64,000 nt of DNA from Cystobasidiomycetes sp. EMM_F5 (Eukaryota): contig JBPGPT010000004.1 in the NCBI GenBank assembly GCA_051047955.1, positions 372,001 to 436,000 of the forward strand, written 5' to 3'. Position 1 is the stretch's first letter. Each line of letters starts with the position of its first letter. The notes beneath the pieces are model-generated. The model saw only the letters and a program-made list of their open reading frames with translations, did no database searches and had not been told where the DNA came from. Positions 17,110 through 28,700 of the stretch are shown piece after piece. Position numbers and translations under genes: made by a program.

Positions 17110-18322
17110 ATGCTGTGGCGGCGCAGAGATGCACTCGCGCTGGACCGGAGGCTCTTGAGACGAATGGCAGACAGTCTGTCCATGCGGTATCAGATGCGAC
17201 TGCTCGTATACGCGCATCGGGGCTTGTTGAGCAGGATAGCCTTGAGCATACAAGGCCTGATTGCCTTGACCTGGGTACTGGTAGTATGTTGGCAAGGAGT
17301 TGTGCCGATATACATTGGGATATGTAGCAACCGGCGTCAAGTTCATACTTTCGTCCGAGTCCATAGGTTCGGCCTTCGGTACCAGGTTGTTGGTGTCGAG
17401 TATCAATGAAGTACCGACAGACTGCGCCGCAGGGTTCTCGTGGTGGCCAGACGCCGCATCTTGCCTGTACGAAGCCCATATGTCGGGTACATAATTCTGC
17501 CAAACGGGAGCCGGGGCGGTTGGCTGAAACGTAGATTGCGAAAGCATCTGCTGTTGTCTGTACGGGTTCGAATAATCTTGCTGATAGTGTTGCAGATGAG
17601 CACGAGCAGAAGCGCGCAAGTCCGTCTCATACGACTGCACGAAATGGCTATTTGGGGAGGATGCTGCTGACGAGGACGACGAATTGGATTGCATTTCTGA
17701 TGATTCGGAAGCGGTAAGTTCGCTAGATAGCCTTGCATTCGAAAAGCACACTCTGCTCACCATCACTCATGCCAGACATGTCGGGATTTCGACTGAATAT
17801 GAGGGAGGATTCGGGCATAGGTCGGGACCCCTGAGTATGCTCAGAAGTGCTCGGAACTGCACTAGCATCACTTCTTCTACGTTTGTCGGAATGAGCATGC
17901 TCAAAAGGCTCGCCAATGATCAAGGACGGAGCAGAAGCTGTTCTTGGTATTTTGCTCAACCTTGCCCTTCGTTTCGCCTGGCAGAAGCACTGTGCACCCG
18001 GCGGAACTGGAACACCATTCTTTTTATCCTGACAGACTTGACACTGGTTGCTCGGCCGACCCTTCTTTGCAATAGGGAAGAGCTCTCGGTCCTCGTGGGT
18101 GCACTTGCTAGACCGATGCCCGGTGATGCAAGATCTGCATGCCCATTTCTGACCGTCTCGAAGTATCTATGAGTGTAGGACACGAGGTGAAGCGAGCCAT
18201 CAGTATGTACGTTACGAGGATGGAATGTCGCGGTCCAGGGCGAAGCCGACAAGGCCACACTTTTGCCACCTCATACAGGGTTTGACAGGTGATTCTAGCG
18301 GGAGTCCGAGAATACTCACCAT
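16654..18322 (-). CDS. Copper-fist DNA-binding transcription factor (Ace1/Mac1/Cuf1/Haa1 family) with Q-rich activation region
   Basis: ATG-only first coding exon (18322-18320), intron GTGAGT...TAG (18319-18167), then ILRDGQKWACRSCITGHRSSKCTHEDRELFPIAKKGRPSNQCQVC...CFC. A second intron joins the 16654-17766 Q/P/S-rich ORF. Confidence 0.88.
17077..17115 (-). repeat. CAG/CAA trinucleotide repeat encoding polyglutamine
   Basis: (CTG)n run on the plus strand, translating to QHQQQQQQQQQQQ in the transcription factor. Confidence 0.9.
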
Positions 18323-19414
18323 CTGGTTTGTTGATTTAGATGCCCGGCAGTCGTACCATACAGTCTCAATCGTCTATGGATAGCCCGTGTGCCGATGATA
18401 CTGGTTCACACCTTGATGTCTCGGTGAACTCGATATTGTTGACCGCCGAGATGTGAACGAAGAAACGAGCTGATTGAGCGAGCGAGCGGCGTCAAATCAC
18501 AGTATTCCTCAATGGACAGGAGAATTTGGATCCGTCGAAAAAGCTGCAGGGGAAGCCCTGCAGAACGGAGCTCGAGATTTCGTCGCCGAGAGGTTGGGCC
18601 AAGGAGTTCAGGACGAGATGGAGAGTTTAAATGGCGGAGTTGCTGGAAGGACGGCACCCAGAGCATCTACACTGTTATTCTTTATAACCTGTCGTCATCA
18701 GTCAGCCCATGCCGCATTTCTGACTGATGCTTCCTGACGGTGCTATGCGCGGTGGTCGCAGCTCACTGGTGCTCGGCAGCGATGTGGCGAGTGCGCAGAA
18801 GAAATTGTGTTAACTCCGACAGCGAGGGATAGCGAGACAAGCCAGTGTTGACCGTTAAGTGCGGCCGAGATGTGCGATTTGTCTGGGCATATTAGTCAAA
18901 CACGAGAACGCACGGTGGAGAACGAGTGCTTTCTGCTCGAGCTTCAAGCTGTTTCTTCTCCAACGCACACTATCGACGACTGTCCATCTCTGCTAGCGAT
19001 TCTGCAACGATGCTGCCAGATCCTTGCCCTAATGCGTCTATATTGACAACAACCATCCATTTATCGACTCTTGCAAGCTGCTGATACTGTGCTGCTCCAC
19101 TCCCTCCTGTCCTCCCGAAGGCTGGTCGGGGACAGATAGGCACCAACGAGCCAATGCTTCCCTCCCCGATTTGCTCCCAGCCATATGCATGCTGACAGCT
19201 GTCTGCGATATTGCTGCGATGTGTAATGTACATGCCTTCATCTTGGTCGCGGACGAACGGGCGGACGTGAAAACTCGTTGGCACCGCATGCAAAGGTCGA
19301 ATGAGGTAAGAGACCGCTCTTAAAGCCGAGGCCCTGAAGTGTCGAATAACGGGCTATGCAGTCGAGCAAAAGATAGTGTTGTAATTGAATATCAACGTCG
19401 CCAGTTTGCATCGC

Positions 19415-19436
19415 CGCGAAACGCTCTCTTTTCGCG
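19415..19436. promoter_or_regulatory. Inverted pair of CGCGAAA (SCB/MCB-like) elements
   Basis: CGCGAAA at 19415-19421 and TTTCGCG at 19430-19436, upstream of the Whi5/Nrm1-like gene. Confidence 0.35.
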
Positions 19437-20279
19437 AGTCTGTCTGTCACGAATTAGTGATCTAGTGACAGCGTGCCTGGCGATCCCTCGTTCCGCGGAC
19501 AAGCGTACGTAAAGGCCAATATAGTACGGATGCAGAACGTGCACGTCGCTGTGCGTTGGATTATTGACGAGTTATAATCGACAGCTTCGGATGGTGAAAG
19601 GTCTTAGCTGCGTATAGGAATGCAGCACAGTCCTTCTCGTTTGCCCGTGGCCCCATAATCGCAAAGCCAGTGATGCATATGATGACGAGAGAGCGGTGTG
19701 GACTGGCAGTCGATATTGGTAGTTGATTCAATTGTAAAGCATGTAGACGAATTCAGAAGCAGCAGGTTTGTCAGCTCGACTGTGGGTTGCGAGCGCCTTC
19801 GAATTGCCCGTAGGACTGAGACTCTGCGGCGATATGTCCAGGGCAATTGCTGGTCTTGGTCAGCGGTGCCAATACGATATGCAACATACATATATCAGCT
19901 GTCAGAGCTGCTCCGCACCCGGCATCCTTGCATCGCTTTCGGGAGCCACATTCGTCGAAAGCGGCCGAGTCCTAGGACTTTTACGAGCAACACCAGACGT
20001 GGGCGTGGGATGGCGGAGCTGGCTGATGTGCTCAGACACCCAGCTGCCCCTCCATGCAGACCCTCCCATCCCTGTCCTGACCTCGCCTTCCCGTCAGCGC
20101 CCCTTTACGATCAGCTTGGGTCCGTCTTTGATTTTGTGAAGAGAGTTGCCATTGTTCGATAGTTCAGCATTATGCTCAGGCTCGCCTACTAGGCTGCGTA
20201 GGCTGTTGATGAATGCCTGACAGTGGCCTGAGACGACAGTCTGGTGGATATTCCGTAGTCTGCGCGCAACTCGAGCGCG

Positions 20280-21539
20280 ATGGCGATAGTCGAACCCCCA
20301 AGCACGGCAACCACAATGCCAAAGTATGCGTCAAAGTCCAGGAGAACGACGAGCCGGACGGATGCAAGCAAGAGTCCACGATCCGCAAAGGACGACAGGT
20401 CTGCAAGAGTGCGCATCTCCTGTTTCATTCACCGTCCTTGGCCGTCCCTAACTTTTTATCCGCTTTGCATTCGACCCCAACTTCCACTGATACTCACGCG
20501 ATGTGTCTATTCTGCTGCTCTCATGTGCAACTTACTCCTCTGCCTTGATGCTCACCAGCTGGCCTCTGTGCTCTCCACCCGCTTATCGTACGCCTCCTGG
20601 AAGGTATCTCGGGGATGGATCCAGCAGAACCTTGCAGAAGTGGAGAACTTGTACTCGAGTCGGTTCAAGCAGCAAGCAAGAGCAAGAGAACTTTCAGCTT
20701 CAACAAATTCTGCCGCTAGCAAAACTTCGTTTGCTTCCATTCACGCACCCTTCTCCAACGCTCACTTGGACTCGCAGTCGTATGCATCAGGAGCAGGGGG
20801 TATCGAAATCTCGGAATATAGCGAGACTCAACCATTCGGGTCCTACTACACCACGAGCTTTGAGACACCCTTGCCTGCCGCTGTATTTACAGAGAATGCG
20901 GCGCCGTACAGCCATTTGCGACAATCGGAATCCGAGCAGATGCCAATTGGGTTTCCAGAAAGTAGAGTAGACGCAACACCCGTGCAAGCTTGCCCTTCTC
21001 CCTCCATGTATGCGTACCTTGCATCTCCAGCGCTTGGTGGTTCTCCCGGCGGCACTTTTGGCACGCCCCGGGCAAACGGGCATTTTGCAGCACCGCGCGG
21101 CTCGATTTCGCACCCAGCAAAACCTCCTGCAGACTTTTGGAGAGGGACAGAATCTACTTCTGGCACACGGATTGGTGCTGCAAAAGGTAGCGAGGACCTC
21201 ATCATGGGCAATCCTGGTGCTTTGATTTCAAACGAAACAGAACATTCGTTGGGTACACCAGGGATCACTGCAGCTAGCGGTGCGCACTACTTCCCTACCA
21301 CCGTCTCTACAAATAGTGGACTACTCCCGCCCGCTGGTATTACGAATGACGCAAGCAGTTCGCCGAGCAAGTATTCTGGCTTTGGCGCATCTGAAATGTT
21401 GGAAAGGTCAACGATTCATCACAACATGACGCAACCTATCAGTCCGCACAAAAGAATGTTCTCCAACACCAGCCTGCGGGGTGACTATTCGCTGAGTAAC
21501 GTGACGATGGACGATCTCGATACGCATTTCGGCAGCTGA
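20280..21539 (+). CDS. Whi5/Nrm1-like G1/S transcriptional repressor
   Basis: GTB-like motif LSTRLSYASWKVSRGWIQQNLAEVENLY; the remainder is low-complexity with many SP/TP sites; probable intron 20409-20558. Confidence 0.75.
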   Translation: MAIVEPPSTATTMPKYASKSRRTTSRTDASKSPRSAKDDRSARVRISCFIHRPWPSLTFYPLCIRPQLPLILTRCVYSAALMCNLLLCLDAHQLASVLSTRLSYASWKVSRGWIQQNLAEVENLYSSRFKQQARARELSASTNSAASKTSFASIHAPFSNAHLDSQSYASGAGGIEISEYSETQPFGSYYTTSFETPLPAAVFTENAAPYSHLRQSESEQMPIGFPESRVDATPVQACPSPSMYAYLASPALGGSPGGTFGTPRANGHFAAPRGSISHPAKPPADFWRGTESTSGTRIGAAKGSEDLIMGNPGALISNETEHSLGTPGITAASGAHYFPTTVSTNSGLLPPAGITNDASSSPSKYSGFGASEMLERSTIHHNMTQPISPHKRMFSNTSLRGDYSLSNVTMDDLDTHFGS

Positions 21540-21921
21540 AAGATAGCAAGGTATGCGTGATGGCGACGAGGATGTCACGATCTGGAGTACTCGACGGATG
21601 GTGATGATGATGATGACGACAAACGAGGGGCTGTATTCGCATGGGCTGTCAATGGACAAGTTTGTACCTTAGCATTGGGATGACCAGGTTGTACTGCAAA
21701 GAGCCTTCACCTGCTTCAACGGAGCATCTCCGACCCTCTACATACTAGAGCGTCCATGTTCCGTGTACGGTGGTTGCTGAGCTGGGATCTGGCACTTCTC
21801 GTTGACGTACAGGTTCATCGCCACCAATTTGATCGTGTAATTCTTAGACCCGACTGAACCTGCGGCAACCCTTGCATACATCCATCAGCGGTATCATACA
21901 TCTGAATTGCCAGCTCCAAAA

Positions 21922-22673
21922 ATGGTCAGCTGCTATCTACTCTGCTGCAGCCATGCTGGTTTTCGCTGACTTTTATCGCTGACGTTTGCCGTGGGATGAT
22001 TCGGCTCAGGCTGACACTGCGCGAAGGCGACTGATCCGCGACTTCAAAGCGCTGTCGAGGGATCCACCTAGCGGAGTGTCTGGTGCACCGCTTCCCGACA
22101 ACATCCTCATGTGGAATGCCGTCATCTTTGGTCCGCGTGAGTCGGATAGAGATGGCATTCGTCATGGGTTATCAACGGCTGACTTGCACCAAACCAGCCG
22201 AAACGCCGTTCGAGGATGGCACATTCAGACTGGTCCTCACCTTTGAAGATAGCTATCCCAACAGACCGCCCACAGTCAGATTCTTGTTTGTGAAGGGCTT
22301 TGTGCAGCGTCAGCAGCCGAGGCTGACATTGTCTTGTAACGTGGACACTTTGGCAGATCAAAGATGTTCCATCCCAACGTGTATGCCAACGGCGAGTTAT
22401 GTCTCGACATCCTACAAAACCGATGGTCCCCCACGTACGACGTTTCCGCCATCTTGACGAGTATTCAGAGTCTCCTTCATGATCCCAACCCAAACAGGTC
22501 AGTCAGTCAGTCTTCAGTAGCCCTGTGCTCTCGTTGACTAGTGGCTGCTGTACAGTCCAGCGAACGCCGAGGCTGCCAATCTATACCAGGAGAATTACAA
22601 GGAGTACTGCAAGCGTGTTCGCGCCACCGTCGAGCAATCATGGCTGGATGACTCTGAGCATCCGGGAGCCTGA
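21922..22673 (+). CDS. RAD6: Ubiquitin-conjugating enzyme E2 Rad6/Ubc2
   Basis: [67 protein letters not shown]. Confidence 0.95.
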
Positions 22674-23091
22674 AGACATCCAAGCACGTACGAGCTGAAG
22701 AATCATGAACCTTGCACTCATCATGTAGCTTTTCTCTCTATCTTCACGCTTCGCAATACCTCATCTCGCGCTCTGCTTATTGGACGTAACCCGGTATACC
22801 CTGATGTTTCGGCAGTAGCATTTCTGCAATATGTTGTACTTTTACATCGTTAGCAATACTTTGAATGAAATACGCCTTGTTCTGTTCTGTAGCTTGCTTC
22901 GTTCATTTCGACTTCACTCTCACGTGCGGAGGTTGGTCTCAGACTCACACGCACCCAGGTCTGCCAGCCTGCTGCGACTGTCGGTATCCAGCGAGACTCG
23001 TACAAGTCGACCGCAGCACCTGCTGGAGCTGCAGGCTTCTGACGCCAGCTAGTCTGAGTTCCAGCCTGCCCGGTCTCAGGTTTCAGCCAAA

Positions 23092-25569
23092 ATGGACGGA
23101 CGCAGTACAAACCGGGTCAAGAACAAGGCCCCGTAGGTGTAGTCATGGCTTACAGGTGAGGACTCATTGGCTGATATGGGTTGCGCATCTGTCTAGGGCG
23201 CCAATCCAGATCACTGCCGAGCAGCTGCTTCGCGAAGCTCAAGAGCGGTCTGAAGCTCCGCATACAGCACCACGGCAGCGAGTCGAAGACTTTGAGGAGC
23301 TCAATGAGTTTCGAGGAAGGAAGCGACGAGAGTTTGAGGAGGTTATCCGACGGACGAGGTCAAATATCGCTGCTTGGATCAAATATGCCTACTGGGAAGC
23401 ATCCCAGGGAGAATATGACCGCTCGAGGTCGGTGTACGAGCGAGCTCTGGATGTCGATCCTACGGACGTCAAGCTATGGCTGTCGTATAGCGAAATGGTG
23501 CGTATATGCGTTTTCCCACTCTGACTCCCCGACATTGCTCATTGACGCTTTTAACATTGTTACAGGAACTGAAAGCTCGAAACGTACAACATGCTCGCAA
23601 TCTTTTTGATCGCGCAGTCACACTTCTTCCAAGAATATCGCAGATCTGGTATAAATACGTCTACCTCGAGGAACTACTCGGCAATATCGCTGGCGCGAGA
23701 CAGGTGTTTGAGCGATGGATGGCGTGGGAGCCCGACGAAAAATGCTGGAGTGCATACATAAAGGTAGAATTAGGGACAACGAGATGCAATACTATAAGCT
23801 GACGCTTTACATCCAGATGGAAATCCGGTATCACGAATACCAGAGAGCATCGAACGTTTACGAGCGCTTGATTGCGTGTCACCCAGAACCAAAGTTGTGG
23901 ATCAAATGGGCAAAGTTCGAAGAAGACGTTCGCAGCAACGTTGGTCGAGCTCGCGAGATTTTTCAGATGTCTTTGGAGTACTTCGGTGCTGGCGAGGGAG
24001 GAGCAGACGAGGAGGAGCAGATTGAAAAGTCGCAGTCCCTCTACAACGCTTTCGCCAAGTTGGAGATTCGTCAAAAGGAGTATGAACGTGCTCGTGTCAT
24101 TTACAAGTACGCCCTTGACCGCCTGCCAAGAAGCAAGAGTCAGGGCCTGTATACCGCCTACTCGCTATTTGAGAAACAGTTTGGCGACCGTCAAGGGATC
24201 GAGTCTACGGTTCTGGGCAAGAGAAGAATAGAGTATGAGGAGGAACTCAAGGATCAGCCTGCAAACTATGATGCTTGGACAGATTATGCAAGATTGGAGG
24301 AAGACGCGTTCCGATCCGAGGGCATCGATGCGAAAGCGGGCGGTGCGGATCGTGCGCGAGATGTATACGAGCGAGCGATAGCACAGCGGCCTCCGAGCAA
24401 CGAGAAGCGGCATTGGCGGAGATACATCTTCCTATGGCTAAATGTATGTCGAGACGGAAGAATAGCCGAAAAGCTCTGCTGATGCCCATCTTTTATAACA
24501 GTACGCCATGTTTGAAGAGATGGACGCCAAGGATATCGAAAGGACGCGCCAAATATACGAAGAATGCATAAAGTTGATTCCGCATAAATCCTTTACATTC
24601 GCCAAAGTCTGGACGCTGTATGCTCAGTTTGAAGTCCGACAACTCAATATTGACAAGGCCCGCAAGATTCTAGGAACCGCTATTGGCAAGTGCCCGAAGG
24701 AGAAACTCTTCAAAGACTACATTACTATGGAGATTCAGCTTCTCGAGTTTGACCGATGTCGACAACTGTATCAGAAATACATTGCCGTAAGTGTTTGAGG
24801 CGACGCGATTATCTGGGCTCTGCTAAACGACGGCTTCGTCTTTTTGCAGTACGACGTATCAAATGCCGCCGCCTTTATCAAGTTTGCGGAACTGGAAACC
24901 GAGCTTGGTGATCTTGATCGTGCGCGAGGCATTTTTGAGCTTGCGATTACGCAGCCGCTAGACATGCCGGAAGTGGTTTGGAAGGCATACATTGACTTTG
25001 AGTACGAGCAAGAGGAATGGGATCGAACTCGGGCGCTTTACCGACGCTTACTTGAGCGGACTTCACACGTCAAAGTCTGGATCTCGTGGGCACAGTTTGA
25101 GAGCAATGCCGGCAAGACCATTGCTCGTGCATACCGAAATCAGGATGATGACGAGGAGGATGAGGACGCAGACGAGTCTTCCGGAGCTGAAAAGAAGGAG
25201 GTCATTGTATCGCCTGAAGCCGAAGCTGCGGCGGTGCAACAAGAAGCTTCGGCAACCGAACAAGCTCGAGAAGTCTTCCGCCAGGGCTACAAGGATCTCA
25301 AGAGCCGACAACTCAAGCAGGAGAGGCTCATCCTGCTGGAAGCATGGCGTGCGTTGGAGACTGCCGACGGGGACGCCGAGTCGCTTGCAAAAGTCGAGGC
25401 CATGATGCCACGGGTTGTCAAGAAGCGCCGCACGACTGCGGATGGCAACCTGGAAGAGTATCACGACTTTATGTTTGCAGACGATGAAGAGCAGAAAGGG
25501 CCAGGTCTGTCCAAACTGCTGCTCGCTGCCCAGAAGTGGAAGAAGCAGCAGCAAACTGCGAGTACGTAG
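23092..25569 (+). CDS. CLF1: Crooked-neck HAT-repeat splicing factor Clf1/Syf3
   Basis: [21 protein letters not shown], repeated HAT motifs (WIKYA..E, RARxIYERA), [22 protein letters not shown]. Confidence 0.95.
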
Positions 25570-25760
25570 GCTAGCGCGATAGACAATGCTGTACACGCAA
25601 TCCTCTCGTCCAAACCTGTGCATTGTAGAGACTTGTTTGCGCATGACCTGCATTTGATCCTTTGTAATTGAATTGCGCGTATATTGGGTCGCATTTAGTG
25701 GCAAACCTTTCAGCCCGAGTACGACTGCCTGCCAGCTGGCTCAAGCTGCTGCTGCTCTCC

Positions 25761-28700
25761 ATGTCTGCGCACGCTGGCAACGATGCGCTCGCGAGAGCTC
25801 TGCAGGCCGGCACTGAGGAAAAGGTGGAAATCAATCAGCGCGGTCTGGTGGAAAAGGCGAGGCAGTGATATATATTGGAATGGACTATGGAATATCCCAT
25901 ATACTGACTCATTACAACTTACAATGGACAGATCCTGGCCCGCTACAGCGTGCGTTGACGGGCATTCAATCATTCGTCACCGCCGTGCATGGCTGATATT
26001 GGTGGCAACACATATGTTTGCGACTGCAGGGCGAGCACACGCTGTTTCGAGAATTGCTGCAGAATGCAGACGACGCCAGCGCATCAGCCATAGAGGTTCA
26101 CTTTCAGACTCCGCAGGGCTCGGCGCATCCTGCCAGCTTGAAGGGCGTAATGATTAGTCGCATAACGGTGCGAAACAACGGAATCATATTCAGGGAAGAG
26201 GACTGGCGGAGATTGGGAGTCTCATACTCTGTCCCGACGAGTTCATGGGGACGCTAACAATCCATCCTACAGAAAGACCATCGCAGACGGGCAACCTGAC
26301 GAGAGTCGGATAGGCGCTTTCGGTGTGTACGTGCCAAGTATGCAAAGAACGATACTAACCAACGCTACATAAGGCGTCGGATTCTATTCAATATTCAGCG
26401 AATCCGATGAACCTCTAGTTGTATCGGGCGATTCAATGATGTTATTCTTCTGGAAGGGGGACCAACTAGCTGTCAAGCGTGCTGCAAATCCACGAGAGAA
26501 CGGGAGCGATGCAGAGTCACGGTCATGGACATCCATTCACATGCCCTGTCGCGTTCCTACAGCTTTTCCTGACCCTAGCGAGTGTGAGTTGTCCGCAATC
26601 ATTCATGTCAGCTTTGCGCTTACGCTAGATTGATGCGCCAGTCGCAAAGTTTCTGTGTACAGCTCTCGCCTTCACGTCGCATATAAAAACAATGGTCTTG
26701 AAGTTGGATAACTACGAGCTATGCCGGCTCGAAAGAAAAGCAGCTCCATCATCGCCGTTGCCCAACCTGCCTGGTGTCAACATGAAATCCCCTGGGCGGA
26801 TGATGACGGTCGCGTCCACCGAAGTTCTACCTCTGCAACTAGACTGCCGCATAATGCGTGGTGCGCTCTACTCGCAACAGGCACCGATAAAGAAGCTCGT
26901 CCAGGACGTAAAGACTAGCTTTGCTACAAAGTTTCTCAGCTTTGCAACCAACAATCGAAAACAAGTTGCTGCAGAAGCGGCAGACAAGGAGACGCCGCAG
27001 CCTAGTTCCGATCCTACGGAATACTTGACATCTTCCACATTTCTCAAGATTGTTACTGGCCAAGTGCAGCTTTCCATGCCTTCGGCAATCAAGCAAGAGT
27101 TTGAGCGAGCTACGAAGAAGTCGCCTCCCAAATTCACTCGCCTTCAGGTGCTGTTTACCAGTCGCGATGAAGTTGAGGCCTCCGATGGCCCTGACGTGAC
27201 AGGCGTCTCTGCGAGGTACGTTTTCAGCGGACTTACGCAGGAGCTTGGAAAGCAAGGCAGAGTAAGGACATCACCCGCTGTGCGCAATGCAAAACATTAT
27301 TCTGATATTGCTCAATTAAGGTCTTCATTGGTTTTCCTACCCATCAGTCTGTCGGATGCAGCGCGTCCATTGCTGGTCAATTCCTGCCTAGTGTGGAGCG
27401 TGAAAATATCGATCTGCAGAGCAGGGCGGTGTCAGAATACAATAAAGAATTGCTCGCCGTATCTGGTATCCTCTGTCGGTGCATCTACGATGGTGAGATG
27501 CAGGATATGGCAACCCAGTGGCAAAAGCTTGGTCCTGCTGCAGCCAGCACGCATTTGGATGAATTTCGCTCGCGTCTCATCCGGCGTGCTTCGCACTTAA
27601 TGGCATTCTTCACTTTCTATCCAGCCACCCCGTTTACAGAGGCAGGGCGTATCATACAGTCCAGCTTCTTTGCTTGTAACACTCGCGAGTATCTTCTAGT
27701 AAGTAATCAAGGTATCCTATCCACTGCAAGTATCCGCATGCCAGCACCCGATCTACACTTCCTGTCGGGTCTGCCTGTTGTGGCGGCCGACGCAGCGAGG
27801 GACAATGCCTACTTGCTCGAACAACTGCAAGATCGGAATCTCATTCGGACAGCTACACTCGATGATGTGTTGACGCAACTTCAGGAGAAGCCGCTGGATG
27901 TAGACGAAGCTTCAGCATTCTTCAAATGGTGGATTAGCCTATCTTGGAACGATCATTATGATGCTTCGTTATTACCGAAGCTCCGGAACGCTGCAGTCAT
28001 TACCGTGCCCAGCATCGACGGTTCAAGCGGTCGCGTGGTCCAACTTAGCTCGGTCAAGACCTACCTGAATACGAAGACTCTGTCGCCAGATCTGCCCTTA
28101 CCGTCTCATGTCTTGCCTGTAGGTTCGATTGTGTTGCTGATTTTAAGCGATCACTGCTGACACTCAAATCAGTACGCGATATCGCGCAACATACCCGCAT
28201 CCGACCTTGCTAGAGTCTTCTCGTTCAACGAACTGTCAGTCTTGGATTGGGTCAGGTATCTCATATCGCCCGAAGTGCTGGGGAATCTTGATACGAGCTT
28301 AACGCTATCAGCGCCGTTCGCTGAACGAGCTCATGGAGTTCTGGCTAAAGTCTGGGGAAACACGCCCCCACCGCAGACGGCCGAGATTTGTCGTCTGCTG
28401 AAGGATGTCGCGTGCATACCCACTAAGAAAGGCATGCACATACCCGCAGAGTCATACTTGCCAAAAGTGACCTTGTTTGACGATCGTAAGCCGTTGCTTG
28501 TGCCAAGTCTGGGCATTGTTGTGCTGACGTGAGCAACCAGTACCTGTAACGACATTGACGCTACGTGGAAGCATGGAGAAAATGCTCATTGCTCTGGGCA
28601 TCCGCACGCATGTGGACCTTGCGTTGGTCTTTTTGCGCCTGCTTGGTACGTCCGTGCAGCCAAGCTGTACATTGGCCAGACTCACACATACTTTATACAG

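Noticed and set aside
18406..20162. Several 70-150 aa ORFs in the large intergenic gap
   Set aside because: They overlap one another, show no family motifs and give no consistent exon structure; treated as regulatory or UTR sequence.
21597..21621. (GAT)n/(GAC)n microsatellite after the Whi5-like stop
   Set aside because: Short, imperfect 3' UTR repeat with no evident function.
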